Positions 1 through 9,816 of a DNA stretch of 64,000 bases are shown piece after piece (the stretch's first letter is position 1; every line of letters starts with the position of its first letter). Made by a program: the position numbers and the translations under genes. Origin of the DNA: Occultella glacieicola (GTDB lineage: Bacteria > Actinomycetota > Actinomycetes > Actinomycetales > Beutenbergiaceae). The stretch covers positions 62,001-126,000 of the forward strand of contig NZ_SMNA01000006.1 in NCBI RefSeq assembly GCF_004353825.1. The letters run 5' to 3'. The notes below the pieces were generated by a model that was not told the DNA's origin, did not search any database, and worked only from the letters and a program-made list of their open reading frames with translations.

Positions 1-1
1 G

Positions 2-499
2 GAACTCCTCGAGCTCGGTGACGACCTCGTCGTGCGCCGCCTCGGGTGCGTCGGCGGCCAGGGTGACGGAGACGAAGAAGCCGTCCTGCTCCGTGGAGAC
101 GAACGCGAGTGCCCGCGGGTCGGCCGGGCCACCGGGAAAGACATACGGGTCAACCACCGAGTCCACCCCGTCGATGGCCAACAGCGTGGTGTGCAGCGTC
201 GTGGACGCGCGTCCGGCGGCGCTCACGTCGTCCGGGTCCGACAGGTCGACGCCCTGGATGACGAGGGAGATGGTCTCGCCGGTGTCGTCGTTGTCGGCGA
301 TGATGTCCGCGCCGATCTGGCTCTGGGACCCCGGCACCCGGGGCTCCCCGGAGTGCAGCCGGTCGAACAGTCCCGGGCCGCCGCCGAAACCGGTCATGGC
401 GAGTGCGAGGCACCCCCCGACCAGGAGGATCCAGATGATCACGGTCAGGCGGGGGCGGTGGGCGATGTCACGTCCCAGGCGATCGAACACGGGAGCCAT
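2..499 (-). CDS. MMPL/RND family transporter, N-terminal part (runs off window start)
   Basis: Manual translation of the minus strand from ATG 499: MAPVFDRLGRDIAHRPRLTVIIWILLVGGCLALAMTGFGGGPGLFDRLHSGEPRVPGSQS..., an N-terminal TM helix followed by a 'PGS.S' extracytoplasmic segment typical of MMPL proteins; frame open to the window edge. Confidence 0.7.
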   Translation of the reverse strand, partial: MAPVFDRLGRDIAHRPRLTVIIWILLVGGCLALAMTGFGGGPGLFDRLHSGEPRVPGSQSQIGADIIADNDDTGETISLVIQGVDLSDPDDVSAAGRASTTLHTTLLAIDGVDSVVDPYVFPGGPADPRALAFVSTEQDGFFVSVTLAADAPEAAHDEVVTELEEF

Positions 500-578
500 G
501 ATGACAGCCCGGCGACAGCCCCGGTTGCGACCCGGGACCCCGCGATGATCCGGTCCGCGGGCCGCGTAGGCTGCTCGG

Positions 579-1934
579 GTGGATCTGTTCGAAGCGGCCG
601 GCACCGATGACGTCGGCGTCCCGCGGGCACGAGAGGGCGCCCCGCTCGCCGTCCGGATGCGGCCCGCCGTCCCTGCCGAGGTGCTCGGCCAGGACCATCT
701 CCTCGAGCCCGGATCGCCCCTGCGACGGCTGATCGACCCGCCCGTGGCGGGGGCGCTGCCGCCGTCATCGGTGATCCTGTGGGGTCCGCCGGGCACCGGC
801 AAGACGACGCTGGCCTACCTGGTCGCGCACGTGTCCGGTCGGCGGTTCGTGGAACTGTCCGCGGTCACCGCCGGGGTGAAGGACGTGCGGGCGGTCATCG
901 AGGACGCGCGGCGGCGTCTCGCCGGCTCGGGCGGGGAGACGGTGCTGTTCATCGACGAGGTGCACCGGTTCTCCAAGACCCAGCAGGACGCGCTGTTGCC
1001 CGCCGTCGAGAACCGGTGGGTCACCCTCATGGCCGCCACCACGGAGAACCCGTCCTTCTCGGTGATCTCACCGCTGCTGTCGCGGTCGATCATGCTGACC
1101 CTGCGGCCGCTTGAGACCGAGGACCTCGACGCACTGCTGACCCGGGCGCTGACCGACGAACGGGGCCTGGCCGGCCGGGCGAGCCTCGCCGACGACGCCC
1201 GGGCCTACCTGTTGCGCCTGGCCGGAGGCGACGCGCGCAAGTCGCTCACGATCCTGGAGGCGGCGGCCGGCACCGCCCAGTCCGGCTCCGACGCCGGTGA
1301 CGTGGTGATCGGTCTGCAGGCCGTGGAGCGGGCCATCGACGTCGCGGCGGTGCGGTACGACCGCGACGGGGATCAGCACTACGACGTGATCAGTGCCTTC
1401 ATCAAGTCGATGCGGGGCAGCGACGTGGACGCGGCCCTGCACTATCTGGCCCGGATGATCGCCGCGGGGGAGGACCCCCGGTTCATCGCCCGCCGGATCG
1501 TGATCGCGGCGTCCGAGGACGTCGGGATGGCGGACCCCGCGGCCCTGCAGACGGCGATGGCCGCCGCGCAGGCGGTCGCGATGATCGGGATGCCCGAGGC
1601 GCGGATCATCCTCGGGCAGGCCGTCGTGCACGTGGCCACCGCTCCGAAGTCGAACGCCTCCTACAACGCGATCAACGCGGCTCTCGCGGACGTGCAGGCC
1701 GGGAAGGTGCCGCTGGTCCCGGCGCACCTGCGGGACGCGCACTACGCCGGGGCGAAGCGCATCGGGCACGGGCAGGGGTACGTGTACTCCCACGACGAGC
1801 CGCACGGCGTGGCCCGCCAGCAGTACCTCCCGGACGACCTGCGGGGCACCACGTACTACAGCCCCACCGACCGCGGCTACGAACGTGGCCTCACCGAACG
1901 GCTCGCCCGGATCCGCGCGATGCTCACCGACTGA
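579..1934 (+). CDS. rarA: Replication-associated recombination protein A (RarA/MgsA AAA+ ATPase)
   Basis: PLAVRMRP, Walker [10 protein letters not shown], Walker [39 protein letters not shown]. Confidence 0.95.
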   Translation: MDLFEAAGTDDVGVPRAREGAPLAVRMRPAVPAEVLGQDHLLEPGSPLRRLIDPPVAGALPPSSVILWGPPGTGKTTLAYLVAHVSGRRFVELSAVTAGVKDVRAVIEDARRRLAGSGGETVLFIDEVHRFSKTQQDALLPAVENRWVTLMAATTENPSFSVISPLLSRSIMLTLRPLETEDLDALLTRALTDERGLAGRASLADDARAYLLRLAGGDARKSLTILEAAAGTAQSGSDAGDVVIGLQAVERAIDVAAVRYDRDGDQHYDVISAFIKSMRGSDVDAALHYLARMIAAGEDPRFIARRIVIAASEDVGMADPAALQTAMAAAQAVAMIGMPEARIILGQAVVHVATAPKSNASYNAINAALADVQAGKVPLVPAHLRDAHYAGAKRIGHGQGYVYSHDEPHGVARQQYLPDDLRGTTYYSPTDRGYERGLTERLARIRAMLTD

Positions 1935-1958
1935 GAGCCGGCCGCGCTCCTCGCACCG

Positions 1959-2609
1959 TCAGGTCGCCGACGGGTGTCCGATCGAACGCAGGAAGGCGGT
2001 CACGGCGGCCTGCGCGTGGGCGCGACGCTCGGCCGGGGAGGGAATCGCCCCGTCACCCAGCAGCATCGCGGCATTGAGCGGCCCGCCCATCACCAGCCAG
2101 TTGTAGTGCCGGGCCGCCACGAGCGTGTCGTGGGCGGGCAGGACGCCCGCCGCGACCCACCCGGCCAACCGCCGCTGCACCCCGGCGATCGCGCGCTCGG
2201 GCCCGTGCTCGAACAGGGCCCTGCCGAGGTCGGGGAACCGGTTCGCCTCACCGATCACGAGTCGGCGCAGCCGGAGGATGCGGGGCGTGAGGACCGCGTC
2301 GAGCATGGCCACGGCGAGATCCGTGAGGTTCGTGCCGACGTCACCCGCTACCCCGGGGGTCTCATGCCCGACCGGGGCGCCGGTGTCATCCGTCATCGAG
2401 CTGACCAGGACCTCGAAGAGCTGCTCCTTGTTGCCGAAGTGCTTGTACACGGTCTGCTTCGAACTGCCCGAGATCCTCGCGACCTCGTCCATGCTCGAGC
2501 CGACATAGCCGTCGCGGAGGAAGACCTCCTCGGCGGCGCCGAGGATGGCGGCGTGGACGCGCTCGCTGCGTGAGGATGCGGGGGCTGCGGCTGGATCGAT
2601 CGTTGACAT
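1959..2609 (-). CDS. TetR/AcrR family transcriptional regulator
   Basis: HTH AILGAAEEVFLRDGYVGSSMDEVARISGSSKQTVYKHFGNKEQLF; start set at ATG 2609 (TACAGT-N6-ATG leaderless pattern) rather than the longer ORF start. Confidence 0.9.
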   Translation of the reverse strand: MSTIDPAAAPASSRSERVHAAILGAAEEVFLRDGYVGSSMDEVARISGSSKQTVYKHFGNKEQLFEVLVSSMTDDTGAPVGHETPGVAGDVGTNLTDLAVAMLDAVLTPRILRLRRLVIGEANRFPDLGRALFEHGPERAIAGVQRRLAGWVAAGVLPAHDTLVAARHYNWLVMGGPLNAAMLLGDGAIPSPAERRAHAQAAVTAFLRSIGHPSAT

Positions 2610-2612
2610 ACC

Positions 2613-2663
2613 AGAACTGTACCGTCTAGTGTTGAGGAACGGAACTGGACCGTCTAGTTCCGT
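2613..2663. promoter_or_regulatory. Two tandem TetR-type operator sites between divergent tetR and hydrolase
   Basis: GAACTGTACCGTCTAGT (2614-2630) and GAACTGGACCGTCTAGT (2642-2658); the second lies in the near-perfect palindrome ACGGAACT-GGACCGTCT-AGTTCCGT (2639-2663); the first overlaps the tetR -10 box. Confidence 0.75.
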
Positions 2664-2677
2664 GAAGGGAGCCGACG

Positions 2678-3472
2678 ATGACCGAGTACGCGGAGACCAG
2701 TGCGGGGGACCGGATCGGGTTCGACCGCTACGGCCCGGCGTCCAGCACCGGGCCGGGCGTCGTCTTCGTCGCCGGTGCCGGCCCATTCCGAGCCATGGAC
2801 CCGACGACCACCGAGACCGCCAGGCTCGCGGCCGAGGCGGGGGTGGTGACGCTGGTCCACGACCGACTCGGTCGTGGCGACAGTCAGGCCGCAGGCGACC
2901 TGACCCTCGAGCGTGAGCTCTCCGCGATCGCCGCGGCGATCGACGAGGTGGGCGGCAGCGCCGTCCTCGTCGGACACTCGTCGGGCTGCACGATCGCGAT
3001 GGCGGCGGCCGACGCCGGGCTGCCGGTGACGGGCCTGGCGCTCTGGGAGGCGCCGGTCGGGCAGTTCGACGGCGGGGCCGCCCAGTTCGAGACGGACTTC
3101 CTGCGGCACCTCGACCGGGGCGACCACGAGGCCGCGCAGAAGGAGTACATGCGCGACATGCCACCGGAGTTCCTCGAGGGCGCGATGCAGGACCCGGCCT
3201 GGCCGCAGATCGTGCGCGGCAGCCGGACCTACCGCGCCGACGCGCGCTCCCTGGCGTGGGCCGAGGAAGTGCCGGCGAGCGAGCGGTACGCGAGGATCAC
3301 CGTGCCCGTGCTCGTCATGGTCGGCGAGCAGACGTTCCCGGGCATGACCGAGTCGGCCGAGATGCTGCGGGACGCGATCCCGAGCGCGGCGTTCCGGGTG
3401 ATGCCCGGGGCGATGCACGAGTGGGAGGCGGGCCCGATGGCGCCCGTGATCGCCGCGCTCGCCCGCGCCTGA
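2678..3472 (+). CDS. Alpha/beta fold hydrolase
   Basis: HDRLGRGDS, nucleophile elbow GHSSG, PVLVMVGE, C-terminal His (GAMHEW); RBS AAGGGAG. Confidence 0.88.
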   Translation: MTEYAETSAGDRIGFDRYGPASSTGPGVVFVAGAGPFRAMDPTTTETARLAAEAGVVTLVHDRLGRGDSQAAGDLTLERELSAIAAAIDEVGGSAVLVGHSSGCTIAMAAADAGLPVTGLALWEAPVGQFDGGAAQFETDFLRHLDRGDHEAAQKEYMRDMPPEFLEGAMQDPAWPQIVRGSRTYRADARSLAWAEEVPASERYARITVPVLVMVGEQTFPGMTESAEMLRDAIPSAAFRVMPGAMHEWEAGPMAPVIAALARA

Positions 3473-3506
3473 AGACGTTGGACGGCCCGCGATCCGCGCC
3501 CGCCGG

Positions 3507-4790
3507 TCACCGGCGCGCGTCGACGTGCACCCGGAGGCCGTCCCGCGGCCGCATGGCCGCGAACCCGGTCGGCCGGATCCGCTGCTCGGGCAGGGTCAGG
3601 TCCAGCCGGGTGAGCATCCGGGCCAGCATCACGGTCAGCTCCGTGGTGGCCATGGTCGCGCCGATGCACCGGTGCGGGCCGCCACCGAACGGCAGGAACC
3701 GGGCCGGCCCCGGCTTGACATGCTCGGTCGATCCGGGGAGCCACCGCTGCGGCCGGAACTCCAACGGACGATCCCAGTACTCGGGCATCCGTTGGGTCAG
3801 GTACGGGCTGAGCAGCAGCGTCGTGCCGGGGCGAAGCACGGTGCCCTCGACCTCGAAGTCCTGGGCCACGTGACGGGCGGTGACCACCGCCGGTGGGTAC
3901 AGGCGCAGGGTCTCGTTCACGACCCCGGTCAGGTACGGCAGCGAGCCCAGGTCGCTCGGCCGGGGCGGCGCGTCGCCGACGACCGCGCGCACCTCCTCCC
4001 GCGCCGCCGCCCACACGTCGCGGTTGGTGGTGAGCGCGTAGACCGCCCACGCCATGGCCGCACTGGTGGTCTCGTAGCCCGCGGCGATCAGGGTGACCAC
4101 CTGGTCCCTGACCTCCAGGTCGCTCAGGCGCTCGTCGTCGGAGTCCCGGCCGTTCACCAGGGTCGCGAGGACGTGGTCACCGACCGGTGGCCCGAGGGAG
4201 CGGGCGCGCTCGATCTCGGCCCGGATCCGACGGTCGACGTCGGCCCGGGCCCGACCTGCTCGCTGCCACGTCCGCGTACTCAGCCGCCGGTGCCAGTCGG
4301 TCAGCGCCGGCAGGCCGTCGACGAGGTCGAGCAACGGCTGCAGGCTCCGGCCCAACTCGTCAGCGTAGGCGGCCAGTCCGGGCCCGAACAGTGCGTTGAT
4401 CGTGCTCCGCCGGATCGCGGCGCGGAACTCGGCGTAGGCGTCCACCTCGGTGCCCGGCCGCATGGTGTCGATCACAGCGTCCGCGGTCGAGGCCATGATC
4501 TGCACATGGTGCGCCACCTGGCTCAGGTGCATCGACGGCTGCACGAGCCGGCGCCGGCGCCGATGCGCAGCGCCGTCCGAGACGATCATGGACGTCGGCC
4601 CGTCCACCGGCACCAGGCCGGCGAAGGCCTCCTCCCAACGGAACCTGTCCGAGGCGGCGAAGACCGCGGCGTTCGCGGCCTCGCCGCGGACGTAGGCGAA
4701 CCCGCGCGCGCCGCCCACGCGCAGCACGGGGCCGAACCGGTCGTGGCAGCGCCCGAGGAACTCGGCGGGTCGGTAGGTCAGGGCGGTCAC
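3507..4790 (-). CDS. Cytochrome P450 (CYP139-like)
   Basis: I-helix AAGYETT, ExxR (ETLR), FRPQRW, heme motif FGGGPHRCIG; N-terminal LVPVDGPTSMIVSDG resembles mycobacterial CYP139 as recalled; GTG 4790 preceded by GAGGGGGAG. Confidence 0.9.
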   Translation of the reverse strand: MTALTYRPAEFLGRCHDRFGPVLRVGGARGFAYVRGEAANAAVFAASDRFRWEEAFAGLVPVDGPTSMIVSDGAAHRRRRRLVQPSMHLSQVAHHVQIMASTADAVIDTMRPGTEVDAYAEFRAAIRRSTINALFGPGLAAYADELGRSLQPLLDLVDGLPALTDWHRRLSTRTWQRAGRARADVDRRIRAEIERARSLGPPVGDHVLATLVNGRDSDDERLSDLEVRDQVVTLIAAGYETTSAAMAWAVYALTTNRDVWAAAREEVRAVVGDAPPRPSDLGSLPYLTGVVNETLRLYPPAVVTARHVAQDFEVEGTVLRPGTTLLLSPYLTQRMPEYWDRPLEFRPQRWLPGSTEHVKPGPARFLPFGGGPHRCIGATMATTELTVMLARMLTRLDLTLPEQRIRPTGFAAMRPRDGLRVHVDARR

Positions 4791-5054
4791 GGAACTCCCC
4801 CTCGTTGCGCTTCGTCCCACTGTGTCATCGCTACCGGGAGGGTCACCCACCCGCCACCCGGCGACCTGCCGCACGCACGGGCACACCCGGCGGATGCGGT
4901 AGAGTGGTCGGGTTGTCCGTTCGGACACCTGGGGTCCTAGCCGAAGGTCGCGCACGCGTTCGCCGAGCGTGGTCGGGAGTCGGCCCCACGCCACACCGGC
5001 ACCAGCCGGTCCGTGGTGTGACGTCATCAACAACACGACAGGAACACATTTCGC

Positions 5055-5681
5055 ATGGCATCACAGAACCGCACGCGCCGCCAGGTGCGACTGTCCCGCG
5101 CGCTGGGCATCGCCCTCACGCCGAAGGCCGTCAAGTACTTCGAGAAGCGCCCCTACCCGCCGGGCGAGCACGGCCGCGCCCGTCGCCGCACCGAGAGTGA
5201 CTACGCGGTCCGGTTGAAGGAGAAGCAGCGCCTGCGCGCCCAGTACGGGCTCCGCGAGGTGCAGTTGCGCCGTGCCTTCGACGAGGCCCGCCGCGAGCCG
5301 TGGCTGACCGGTGAGTCGCTGGTCGAGCTGCTCGAGATGCGTCTCGACGCGCTCGTGCTGCGCGCCGGCTTCGCCCGCACCATCGCCCAGTCGCGCCAGG
5401 CCGTGGTGCACCGCCACATCCTGGTGGACGGCAAGCTGGTGGACCGTCCCTCCTTCCGCGTGAAGCCGGGTCAGGTCGTCCAGATCAAGCCGCGCAGCCA
5501 GACCATGGTGCCGTTCCAGGTGGCCGCCGCCGGCGCCCACCGGGACGTGCTGCCGCAGGTGCCCGAGTACCTGAGCGTCGACCTCGAGAAGCTCCGCTTC
5601 GAGCTGGTCCGCCGCCCCAAGCGCGCCGAGGTCCCCGTGACCTGTGACGTGCAGCTGGTCGTGGAGCACTACTCGCGCTGA
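5055..5681 (+). CDS. rpsD: 30S ribosomal protein S4
   Basis: RPYPPGEHG, SDYAVRLKEKQRLR, LEMRLDALVLRAGFA, VVEHYSR. Confidence 0.97.
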   Translation: MASQNRTRRQVRLSRALGIALTPKAVKYFEKRPYPPGEHGRARRRTESDYAVRLKEKQRLRAQYGLREVQLRRAFDEARREPWLTGESLVELLEMRLDALVLRAGFARTIAQSRQAVVHRHILVDGKLVDRPSFRVKPGQVVQIKPRSQTMVPFQVAAAGAHRDVLPQVPEYLSVDLEKLRFELVRRPKRAEVPVTCDVQLVVEHYSR

Positions 5682-5708
5682 CGCTGCAGACGAACGTCGG
5701 AGCATCGA

Positions 5709-5751
5709 CCCGCCCCGGGACGGCCGCACCTCGGCCGGCACCCGGGGCGGG
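5709..5751 (+). terminator. GC-rich hairpin after rpsD (probable terminator)
   Basis: CCCGCCCCGGG (5709-5719) pairs with CCCGGGGCGGG (5741-5751); no U-tract. Confidence 0.5.
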
Positions 5752-5858
5752 CTCGTCTCGCCCACCGACGGGGGCCTGGGGTATCCGGTTCCCCGACTGG
5801 AACGGGTAGTGTCGCCCCGAGGATCTTCCCCCGCCCCGTAGCCGCTGGAGGCAGCGTC

Positions 5859-6212
5859 ATGTCAATCGCAGACGTCGCAGGTCTGATCGCCGCGATCGCG
5901 TTCGTGCTGCTCGTCGGAGCACTCGCGATCCCGCTGTTCAAACTGGGACGGGTGATGGACGAGGCCCGCACGTCACTGGCCCAGATCACCGAGCACACGT
6001 TGCCGGTGATCGACGAGGCCGCGCAGACCATCACCGCCACCAACGGTCAGATCGCCAAGGTGGACACGGTCACCACGGCCGCGGCCGAGGTCTCCACGAA
6101 CGTCTCCGCGATGACCTCGCTGATCTCCGCCACGGTCGGTGCGCCGCTGATCAAGGTGGCCGCCTTCTCGCTGGCGGTGCGCGGCCTGTTCGGCAAGGCG
6201 GAGAAGAAGTGA
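5859..6212 (+). CDS. DUF948-like membrane-anchored protein
   Basis: N-terminal TM AGLIAAIAFVLLVGALAIPLFKLG, helical region, PLIKVAAFS; usual position between rpsD and alaS; RBS GGAGG. Confidence 0.8.
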   Translation: MSIADVAGLIAAIAFVLLVGALAIPLFKLGRVMDEARTSLAQITEHTLPVIDEAAQTITATNGQIAKVDTVTTAAAEVSTNVSAMTSLISATVGAPLIKVAAFSLAVRGLFGKAEKK

Positions 6213-6541
6213 AGCGGCTGTTCTGGATCGGCGTCGGTGTGGGCGTGACCGTGCTCGTGCTCCGTCAGGTCGGACGCCTGAACAACACCGTCGGGAAGGT
6301 GGCCCACGCGGTCAGCCCGGCCGGGATCGCGGACTCGATCACGGAGCTGGCCACCACCGCCAAGGAACTCGGCGAGACGTTCCGGGCGTCGATGGCCGAG
6401 AACGAAGCCGCCCTGACGGCTGCGCTGCTGCCCTCCGAGGAGGAGCGCGCCCGGGCCGCACGGGTTCGCGAGGAACGACGCGCCGCCGAGCGACGGGTCA
6501 CCGACGAGTACAACCCCGACGACGAGAACGAGTTCTTCTAG
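6209..6541 (+). CDS. Conserved small membrane-anchored hypothetical protein
   Basis: [16 protein letters not shown]-terminus; GTGA overlap with upstream gene; usual position before alaS. Confidence 0.75.
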   Translation: MKRLFWIGVGVGVTVLVLRQVGRLNNTVGKVAHAVSPAGIADSITELATTAKELGETFRASMAENEAALTAALLPSEEERARAARVREERRAAERRVTDEYNPDDENEFF

Positions 6542-6623
6542 GCGCTGCGGCGCCTGCGAGAGCACCCCGGCCGGGCACCCGGCCCGCCGCCACAACGTGA
6601 ACGTGAACCTGAACGAAGGACCC

Positions 6624-9302
6624 ATGCGCACCGCCGAGATCCGACGCCGATGGCTGACCTACTTCTCCGACCGCGGTCACGCCGTCGTGCCGTCCGCCTC
6701 GCTGATCTCCCCGGACCCCTCCACGCTCTTCGTGATCGCGGGCATGGTCCCGTTCATCCCGTACATGACGGGGGAGCGGACCCCCCCGTGGTCGAGGGCG
6801 ACCAGTGTGCAGAAGTGTGTGCGGACCTCGGACATCGAGGAGGTCGGCAAGACCACCCGGCACGGCACGTTCTTCCAGATGAACGGCAACTTCTCCTTCG
6901 GCGACTACTTCAAGGAGGAGGCGATCCGGTACGCCTGGGAGTTCATCACCGGCTCCGAGGACGAGGGACGGCTGGGCTTCGACCCGGACGTCATCTGGGT
7001 CACCGTCTACGACGACGACGACGAGGCGTTCCGCCTCTGGCAGGAGATCGCCGGCCTCCCGCCGGAGCGGATCCAGCGCCGTGGCATGCGGGACAACTAT
7101 TGGTCCACCGGTGCTCGCGGACCGGCCGGACCGTGCTCGGAGATCTACGTCGACCGCGGACCCGAGTACGGGCTCGAAGGTGGACCCATCGCCGATGAGG
7201 ACCGCTACCTCGAGATCTGGAACCTCGTGTTCATGCAGTACGAGCGTGCGAACGGCGGCACGAAGGACCATTTCGAGATCCTCGGCGAGCTACGCCAGAA
7301 GAACATCGACACCGGCATGGGCCTTGAACGGGTGGCGTTCCTCAAGCAGGGCGTCGACAACATGTACGAGATCGACGAGGTCTTCCCGGTCATCGCGGCG
7401 GCGCAGCGGCTCTCCGGCCGGCGCTACGGCGACGACCACGACGACGACGTCCGCATGCGCGTCGTCGCCGACCACGTGCGCTCGGCCCTGATGCTGATCT
7501 CGGACGGGATCAAGCCCGCGAACGAGGGCCGCGGCTACGTGCTGCGCCGGCTGCTGCGCCGCGCCGTGCGCGCGATGCGGCTGCTCGGCGTCACCGAACC
7601 GACCCTGCCCGTGCTGTTGCCGGTGTCCAAGGACGCGATGAAGGCGTCCTACCCGGAGCTCGAGGCCGACTTCGCACGGATCTCCCAGGTGGCCTACGGC
7701 GAGGAGGAGGCGTTCCGGCGCACCCTCGACTCCGGTACCTCGATCCTCGACACCGCGGTGCGGAAGGTGAAGTCCTCCGGTGGTGACCTGCTCGCCGGCG
7801 ACCAGGCGTTCGCGCTGCACGACACGTACGGCTTCCCGATCGACCTGACCCTCGAGATGGCTGCGGAACAGGGCCTGAAGGTCGACGAGGAGGCGTTCCG
7901 CACCCTGATGACCGAGCAGCGTCAGCGCGCCCGCGCGGACGCGCTCGCCAAGCGCTCCGGACAGGTCGACACCCAGGTGTACCAGGGGCTACAGGCTGCG
8001 CTGGGCGCGCCCGTGCAGTTCCTCGGCTACACCGACCACACCGCGCCCGCGCGGGTCGCGGCGATCCTGGTCGACGGCGTGGCGGTGCCCCAGGCGCAGG
8101 CACCCGCCGACATCGAGGTGGTGCTCGACCGCACGCCGTTCTACGCCGAGGCCGGCGGTCAGCTCGCCGACCACGGCACCATCGTGCTCGACGGGGGCGG
8201 GATCGTCGAGGTGGACGACGTCCAGGCACCGATCAAGGGCATGCCGGTGCACCGCGGCCGGCTCGTCGACGGTCAGGCGACCCTCGACGAGGGTGCGACG
8301 GCCACGATCAACACCGACCGCCGTCGGGCGATCAGCCGGGCCCACACGGCCACGCACATGGTGCACAAGGCGCTGCGCGAGTCCCTCGGCGACTCCGCCA
8401 CCCAGGCGGGCTCCGAGAACGCCCCGAGCCGGGTGCGGTTCGACTTCCGGTCCGGCTCCGGCGTGCCCACCGGCGTGCTGTCCGAGATCGAGGAACGCGT
8501 GAACACCCAACTCGCCGAGAACCTCGAGGTGACCGACGCGGTCATGGGCCTGGACGAGGCCCGCGCCCAGGGCGCCATGGCCCTGTTCGGTGAGAAGTAC
8601 GGCGACCGGGTCCGGGTGGTCTCGATCGGCGGCGACTGGTCCAAGGAGTTGTGCGGTGGCACCCACGTGCGCACCTCCGGGGAACTCGGCCTGGTGACCC
8701 TCCTCGGCGAGGCCTCGATCGGCTCCGGGGTGCGCCGCATCGACGCGCTCGTCGGCGCCGGGGCGTACACGTTCCAGGCCCGTGAGCACGCCCTCGTCGG
8801 CCAGTTGTCCCAGCTCGTCGGCGCCCGCAGCGAGGAGTTGCCCGAGCGCGTCTCCGGGCTGCTCACCCGGCTCAAGGACGCCGAGAAGGAGCTCGCCGCA
8901 CTGCGTCAGGGCCAGTTGCTCGCCGGTGCCGGAAAGCTCGCTGCCGAAGCGGCCACGCATGGCGGCCTGCGGGTGGTGACCACCGACATCGGGGAGGTCT
9001 CCTCCGCCGACGACGTACGCACCCTCGTCCTGGACGTGCGGAACCGGCTCGGCAACGCCGCCGGCGCCGTGGTCGCCATCGGGGCGATCGTCAAGGACCG
9101 GCCGGTGGTCGTGGTCGCGACGAACGAGGCGGCTCGGAGCGCGGGTGCGAAGGCGGGCGCCCTGGTCCGGACGGCGGCCGGCCGGCTCGGCGGCGGCGGT
9201 GGCGGCAAGGACGACATCGCTCAGGGTGGCGGCACCGACGCCGCGGCGTTGGCGGACGCGCTGGCGGCGATCACCACGGACCTGGATGCCATCGGTGACT
9301 GA
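6624..9302 (+). CDS. alaS: Alanine--tRNA ligase
   Basis: [32 protein letters not shown] and ELCGGTH editing motifs, [22 protein letters not shown]. Confidence 0.97.
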   Translation: MRTAEIRRRWLTYFSDRGHAVVPSASLISPDPSTLFVIAGMVPFIPYMTGERTPPWSRATSVQKCVRTSDIEEVGKTTRHGTFFQMNGNFSFGDYFKEEAIRYAWEFITGSEDEGRLGFDPDVIWVTVYDDDDEAFRLWQEIAGLPPERIQRRGMRDNYWSTGARGPAGPCSEIYVDRGPEYGLEGGPIADEDRYLEIWNLVFMQYERANGGTKDHFEILGELRQKNIDTGMGLERVAFLKQGVDNMYEIDEVFPVIAAAQRLSGRRYGDDHDDDVRMRVVADHVRSALMLISDGIKPANEGRGYVLRRLLRRAVRAMRLLGVTEPTLPVLLPVSKDAMKASYPELEADFARISQVAYGEEEAFRRTLDSGTSILDTAVRKVKSSGGDLLAGDQAFALHDTYGFPIDLTLEMAAEQGLKVDEEAFRTLMTEQRQRARADALAKRSGQVDTQVYQGLQAALGAPVQFLGYTDHTAPARVAAILVDGVAVPQAQAPADIEVVLDRTPFYAEAGGQLADHGTIVLDGGGIVEVDDVQAPIKGMPVHRGRLVDGQATLDEGATATINTDRRRAISRAHTATHMVHKALRESLGDSATQAGSENAPSRVRFDFRSGSGVPTGVLSEIEERVNTQLAENLEVTDAVMGLDEARAQGAMALFGEKYGDRVRVVSIGGDWSKELCGGTHVRTSGELGLVTLLGEASIGSGVRRIDALVGAGAYTFQAREHALVGQLSQLVGARSEELPERVSGLLTRLKDAEKELAALRQGQLLAGAGKLAAEAATHGGLRVVTTDIGEVSSADDVRTLVLDVRNRLGNAAGAVVAIGAIVKDRPVVVVATNEAARSAGAKAGALVRTAAGRLGGGGGGKDDIAQGGGTDAAALADALAAITTDLDAIGD

Positions 9303-9816
9303 CGGGCCCGGGGGCATGCGGACCGGCGTCCGGATCGGCGTCGACGTCGGCACCGTCCGGATCGGCGTGGCGCGTTGCGACCCGCACGGGATGCTGGCCA
9401 CCCCGGTGCGGACCGTGGCGCGTTCGGGGCCCGGTCGGGGGGTCGACGAACTGGCGCAGATCGTCGCCGATTACGAGGCGATCGAGGTCGTCGTCGGCCT
9501 GCCCAGGAGCCTGTCCGGGCAGGAGGGTGCTGCGGCACGCAGTGTTCGCGCGTACGCTGGAGCGATTGCGAAGGCGGTACGTCCCCTCCCCGTGCGCCTT
9601 GTCGACGAGCGGCTGACGACCGTGTCGGCACACCAGGCCCTGCACGCCTCGGGACGCGCCGGCCGCAAGCACCGACAAGTAGTGGACCAGGTCGCCGCGA
9701 CCATGATCCTGCAGGCTGCGCTCGACCAGGAGCGCCACCTCGGTCAGCCACCCGGCACGGCCGTCGGCGGCGAGGACAGTGCGAACGAATCGAGACCCCA
9801 GGAGGAGGAACGGTGA
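9295..9816 (+). CDS. ruvX: Holliday junction resolvase-like / pre-16S rRNA nuclease RuvX (YqgF)
   Basis: [32 protein letters not shown]; start GTG 9295 or ATG 9316. Confidence 0.93.
   Translation: MTDGPGGMRTGVRIGVDVGTVRIGVARCDPHGMLATPVRTVARSGPGRGVDELAQIVADYEAIEVVVGLPRSLSGQEGAAARSVRAYAGAIAKAVRPLPVRLVDERLTTVSAHQALHASGRAGRKHRQVVDQVAATMILQAALDQERHLGQPPGTAVGGEDSANESRPQEEER

Noticed and set aside
5301..5303. Trp codon in S4 (REPWLTGE) where Gly is expected from recall
   Set aside because: Single-base difference that may be a variant or sequencing error; cannot be evaluated here
6594..6614. (GTGAAC)-like short repeat upstream of alaS, and a possible T-box
   Set aside because: Too short to be meaningful; the 82-bp gap cannot hold a full T-box and no T-box motif is visible
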